DNA of 54,299 nt, from assembly GCA_003614675.1 (NCBI GenBank), contig ML002263.1, forward strand, positions 1 through 54,299, given 5' to 3'. Source of the stretch: Dimargaris cristalligena. Its lineage: Eukaryota. Of this stretch, positions 48,242-54,299 are shown piece after piece (the stretch's first letter is position 1; the number at the start of each line of letters is the position of its first letter). A program made the position numbers and the translations under genes. The notes under the pieces are model-generated. The model had not been told where the DNA came from, ran no database searches, and saw nothing but the letters and a program-made list of their open reading frames with translations.

Positions 48242-49471
48242 TTAGTCGGCTGGGGTCAGGACGCGCAAAATATCGGTCAAACTAACGATTCCCACGACTC
48301 GGCCGGAGGTGACCAGAGGTGAGGTGATGGACGGGCTATTGGAGCCGATGCCCATGGAATAGGGATTGGCGACCAGGCTCGGGGAGTCCCGGTTGGACGA
48401 GGAGGAGGAGGCGGGGTTGAGTGGGGATAGACCTCGTCTGACAGGAGACGCCGCGGGGTTGGTGGTGGACGAGCCAGAGGCCACGGATATGGTATTGTTG
48501 GCATTGCCCTCGCCCCCAACCATCGAGGAGGCGGTGCCGTGGCCAGTGGCGCCGCTGGTCACCCACAGGCGGTGTGCCTTGGTGGCCGCGAGCAGTCCGA
48601 TGGTGTAGCGGAGGGTACTGGTGGGGCTAACGCAAAACACAGCAACGCGATCTTCGCCGTCCTGGGCTCCCCGTTCAACATGGGCAAAGCGAACTAAATC
48701 GAGGCACGTCCGCCAAAGGAAATGGTGCTTCCGCTTCTGCATGACGTATTTGATATCAGTCAGGGAGATATTGCCCACTAGTCCGGCATTTTCGTCGGAA
48801 TCCACCACGGCCAGGGACGTTACCCCGTACTCGACCATGGCGCGCATCGCGTCGAGCACCAAACTGGAGGCATTCACGGTATATACCGCGGTCTCGGCCA
48901 AGCGCAGGTCCTGCAGGGTCCGGGCGGCCAGGTCGCGCAGGGGGGCAAACTTGTCCAGGTGGCTGTCCAAGAACTTGATGACGGTGCTCTGGGAGAGAAT
49001 CCCCTCGATGCTCCGTCCGCCGTCCTCGTCCACCACCGCCATACGGTGGGTGCCGTACCCGAAAATGGCCACGACGTGGCTCAAGGTAGTTTCGGGAACG
49101 ATGGAATAGAAGGGGTTTTGGGCGGATAGGTCAGCGGCCAACCGGACGGGGACCTGCTGCATCTGGGCGGCCTTGTGAATGAGTTTGCGGACCTCGAGGG
49201 TTTGCTGGGGGGCCAGGGAATCGGCGCGGTTGAGTACCACCAGGAGGTAGGTGATGAGGTCACGGTAGTCGAACATGCCAATGTAGGCCTGGGTGGCGGC
49301 GTCGTAAATAGGGGCGGAGCTGATGCCCTTTTCGATGAGCAGTTCGCAGGCATCTTCAATAGGGGCCTCGGAGTCGATTTGGATGACCTTCTGGTGCTGG
49401 ACCAGAAGCCGGGCGGGGATGAGGGTCCAGTCGGAGTAGTCCGTGATGGAGGGGCAGTTGCTGCTGGCCAT
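48242..49471 (-). CDS. CBS-domain protein Sds23/Sds24-like (409 aa)
   Basis: DWTLIP, GMFDYRDLITYLL, GILSQS, GNISLTDIK, LAATKAHRLWV and GIVSLTDIL; four CBS repeats. Confidence 0.85.
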   Translation of the reverse strand: MASSNCPSITDYSDWTLIPARLLVQHQKVIQIDSEAPIEDACELLIEKGISSAPIYDAATQAYIGMFDYRDLITYLLVVLNRADSLAPQQTLEVRKLIHKAAQMQQVPVRLAADLSAQNPFYSIVPETTLSHVVAIFGYGTHRMAVVDEDGGRSIEGILSQSTVIKFLDSHLDKFAPLRDLAARTLQDLRLAETAVYTVNASSLVLDAMRAMVEYGVTSLAVVDSDENAGLVGNISLTDIKYVMQKRKHHFLWRTCLDLVRFAHVERGAQDGEDRVAVFCVSPTSTLRYTIGLLAATKAHRLWVTSGATGHGTASSMVGGEGNANNTISVASGSSTTNPAASPVRRGLSPLNPASSSSSNRDSPSLVANPYSMGIGSNSPSITSPLVTSGRVVGIVSLTDILRVLTPAD

Positions 49472-50706
49472 GGTAAGGAATAGGTCAAGCGGGCGGCTAA
49501 AGGGCAGGGACAATAGTACCAGTGGTGGGTGCGGCAGTACAGGGAAGTACGGTGGATAGAGAGAGAAGGAGAGAGAGAATGTGTTGAGGGAACAGGACTA
49601 GCAAGGTAGAGAGAAAGAGAAGGAATAAGAGTAAGAGAGAGGAAGTGCGGCAAGGGCGCTGAGCCGATAACGAAGGAGGAATAAATACTATGGAATACAG
49701 TGGAGAGGGTGGTAGACGTGACAGCATATAGCATAGGAGAAGAGTGGAGTGGAGGGTAGACGTGACCGCCGCATACAGCATAGAAGGAGAAACGGCGCGG
49801 GAATCCTGGTGCAGAAGGGTCAGACCGGGGGAAACCCACTCTCCCCTCTATTTTAACCACCCCCCTTGCGCAGTCACTGAACCACACCCTATAGCTTAAG
49901 CCCCTCGCCCGCCCCGTGTTTCGGCCAAGTCCCTCCTATTATTATACCGAGGCCAGCAGTCCCTGGCGATTCGCGCTTCAGTTCCGCTGTCAGAGGCTGA
50001 GAGATACCATAACAAGTCACATGAGCCTATGCACTGGCAGTTTGTCCATTACTGGACTGGTGGTAGTAGGACACTTTTGGCCTATGCTCTCCCCACTGCC
50101 ACCAGATAAATATCTTAGTCAGCACTAGAAAAGGTAGTAGAGTAAGTAAGTAAGGAAGTGGGCCGCAGTAGCCTTTACGGGGGAAGAAGGGTGATGATGG
50201 GCCCCCACAGAGCATACAGATGGGGGGCTTCAATGCCATCCGATCAGCCAATCTATGCGCTAGTCGTCCCTTCACCCTTCTCTTATGAAATCAGGCCTAT
50301 AGGAAAGGAACGTGGTCGAATCATCTCTCCTATCCTCTGCCTTCTTCTACCTTCCCCCGCGTCATATTTCCTCTCTCCCACTCCCCCCCTTCCACATACA
50401 TACAACCAACTAACTCTCTCCCCCTTCAGTATTGCTGGCTGGCTGGGTATATGCTCTCACACACTTAGTTGTGAATACTTTAACTAGCCGTTCCCTACCC
50501 TCCCTTCCTTTCTCTTCCAGGCTTTTTTCTTATTCCCACTTTTACATTGTTCTATAGTGTCTCTTCTCTGTATCTACTAGCTTTTAGCATTTCCTAACCT
50601 ATCCCATCTCATTCCCCACCACACTCCCACTTCCTTTCGAGGTTTCCAACGGGGCCCCCTGTACCCTTTTTGACATTTCCCATCTCCCCTTGTCTCATCC
50701 ACTTCC

Positions 50707-53385
<2,679 letters not shown>

Positions 53386-54207
53386 ACCGTTTTTCTTCAA
53401 TAGGGTTGTTTTTGGGAGAGGTGGCAGTAGGCGCATAATATTCTCCGCGCACACCCACGCCGCATGTTGTCCCAAGGGCGCTCCCCATTCTTTCTCTGGG
53501 ATTATCCCGCCTCTCCGCTTGGCTGAGTCAGCCGCCTTCTTTCATAACTACTCGCCATCCCTTTTACAGTTTGCCCCAGTGTGTTATACCTCCCTGTGTT
53601 TTGACCACCATCTTCCATTTCTAGCATTACCCTTCGATTTTCTCTATTAACATGTATAAGGTCTAGTTTTAAATGCAATAAACATTGGTTTCTATGGATA
53701 TTAGTTTAAGCGCAGATCACAGGGCGATCTATCCAAGTTGGTCGTGGAGTATGTAATAGGGCCTGCCTTTGCATGATGGTTCCTACGCCAACATGCCCTC
53801 CTTGACCACTCACTCACACAGTCTATCTCCGCAGTCGGTAGGTTGCAAGCAGTAGGATGTTCAACTATGGTTCGCATCATAAGGGTGTACGAAGGATACC
53901 ACGACCACCTGGCTGAGTTTTTTAATAAGGTTAATTGGTCGGTTAAATACCAGTTTATCATCTCAAGGACCACCGTATATGTCTCTGATTTGATCGCCTT
54001 CGATACCCAATGCAGCATAACAGTCACTCTAGGTCCGACTAGTCGCCCTGTAGGTTAGTACTGGAATGGGTTTGCACCAGTGGAATGCGCAAAGCCATCA
54101 GCCCTGCGCTCGCATGCACTCGCCTCTGGGACTGGTGGTTCGCAGTCCCGCCCTTCTCCTGGGTAAATCCCCACGCCCCCCTTAACAGACCAGGCAGGCT
54201 ACTTTTG

Positions 54208-54299
54208 ATATGGGTAAAATTTGGCCCAGCTATATAAGGGTTTACATTATACGTGTATGGGAAAATATATGGGAAATGTATTTTTAACTAGTAATATTG
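54208..54299 (-). mobile_element. MITE-like element, copy 5 (truncated by the window end)
   Basis: ATATGGGTAAAATTTGGCCCAGCTATATAAGGGTTTACATTATA...TTTTTAACTAGTAATATTG matches the reverse complement of 36240-36335 almost exactly. Confidence 0.75.

Noticed and set aside
15145..49471. Functional clustering of the PP2A-related genes CDC55 and SDS23
   Set aside because: They are over 30 kb apart with unrelated genes in between. No evidence of a cluster.

Overview
Eukaryotic, almost certainly fungal, genomic DNA. It has compact GT-AG introns with CTAAC-like branch points, C-rich third codon positions and fungal-type housekeeping genes; an early-diverging lineage such as Zoopagomycota is my inference only. 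By hand I could reconstruct 12 intact genes: ArfGAP Gcs1 (with a GC-AG intron), Cia2/MIP18, a mitochondrial phosphate carrier, an MBIP-like protein, the MBOAT Ale1, PP2A-B55/Cdc55, an Srk1/Rck2 kinase, a divergent actin, Swd1/RBBP5, mitochondrial uL4, a TBC Rab-GAP of Msb3 type, Sds23 and Cdc48 (13 counting the actin). There is also an actin pseudogene. The most interesting signals are: (1) a fungal homolog of MBIP, a metazoan ATAC-complex subunit, with a LisH-like N-terminus; (2) a tandem duplication of divergent actins in which the intact copy has altered ATP-binding loops and the other copy is pseudogenised; (3) an unannotated ~135-150 bp MITE-like family with ~30 bp TIRs, in five copies; (4) a ~930 bp stretch with no CpG at the window start, suggesting methylation- or RIP-like erasure of a repeat. 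No rRNA, convincing tRNA or CRISPR array was seen.
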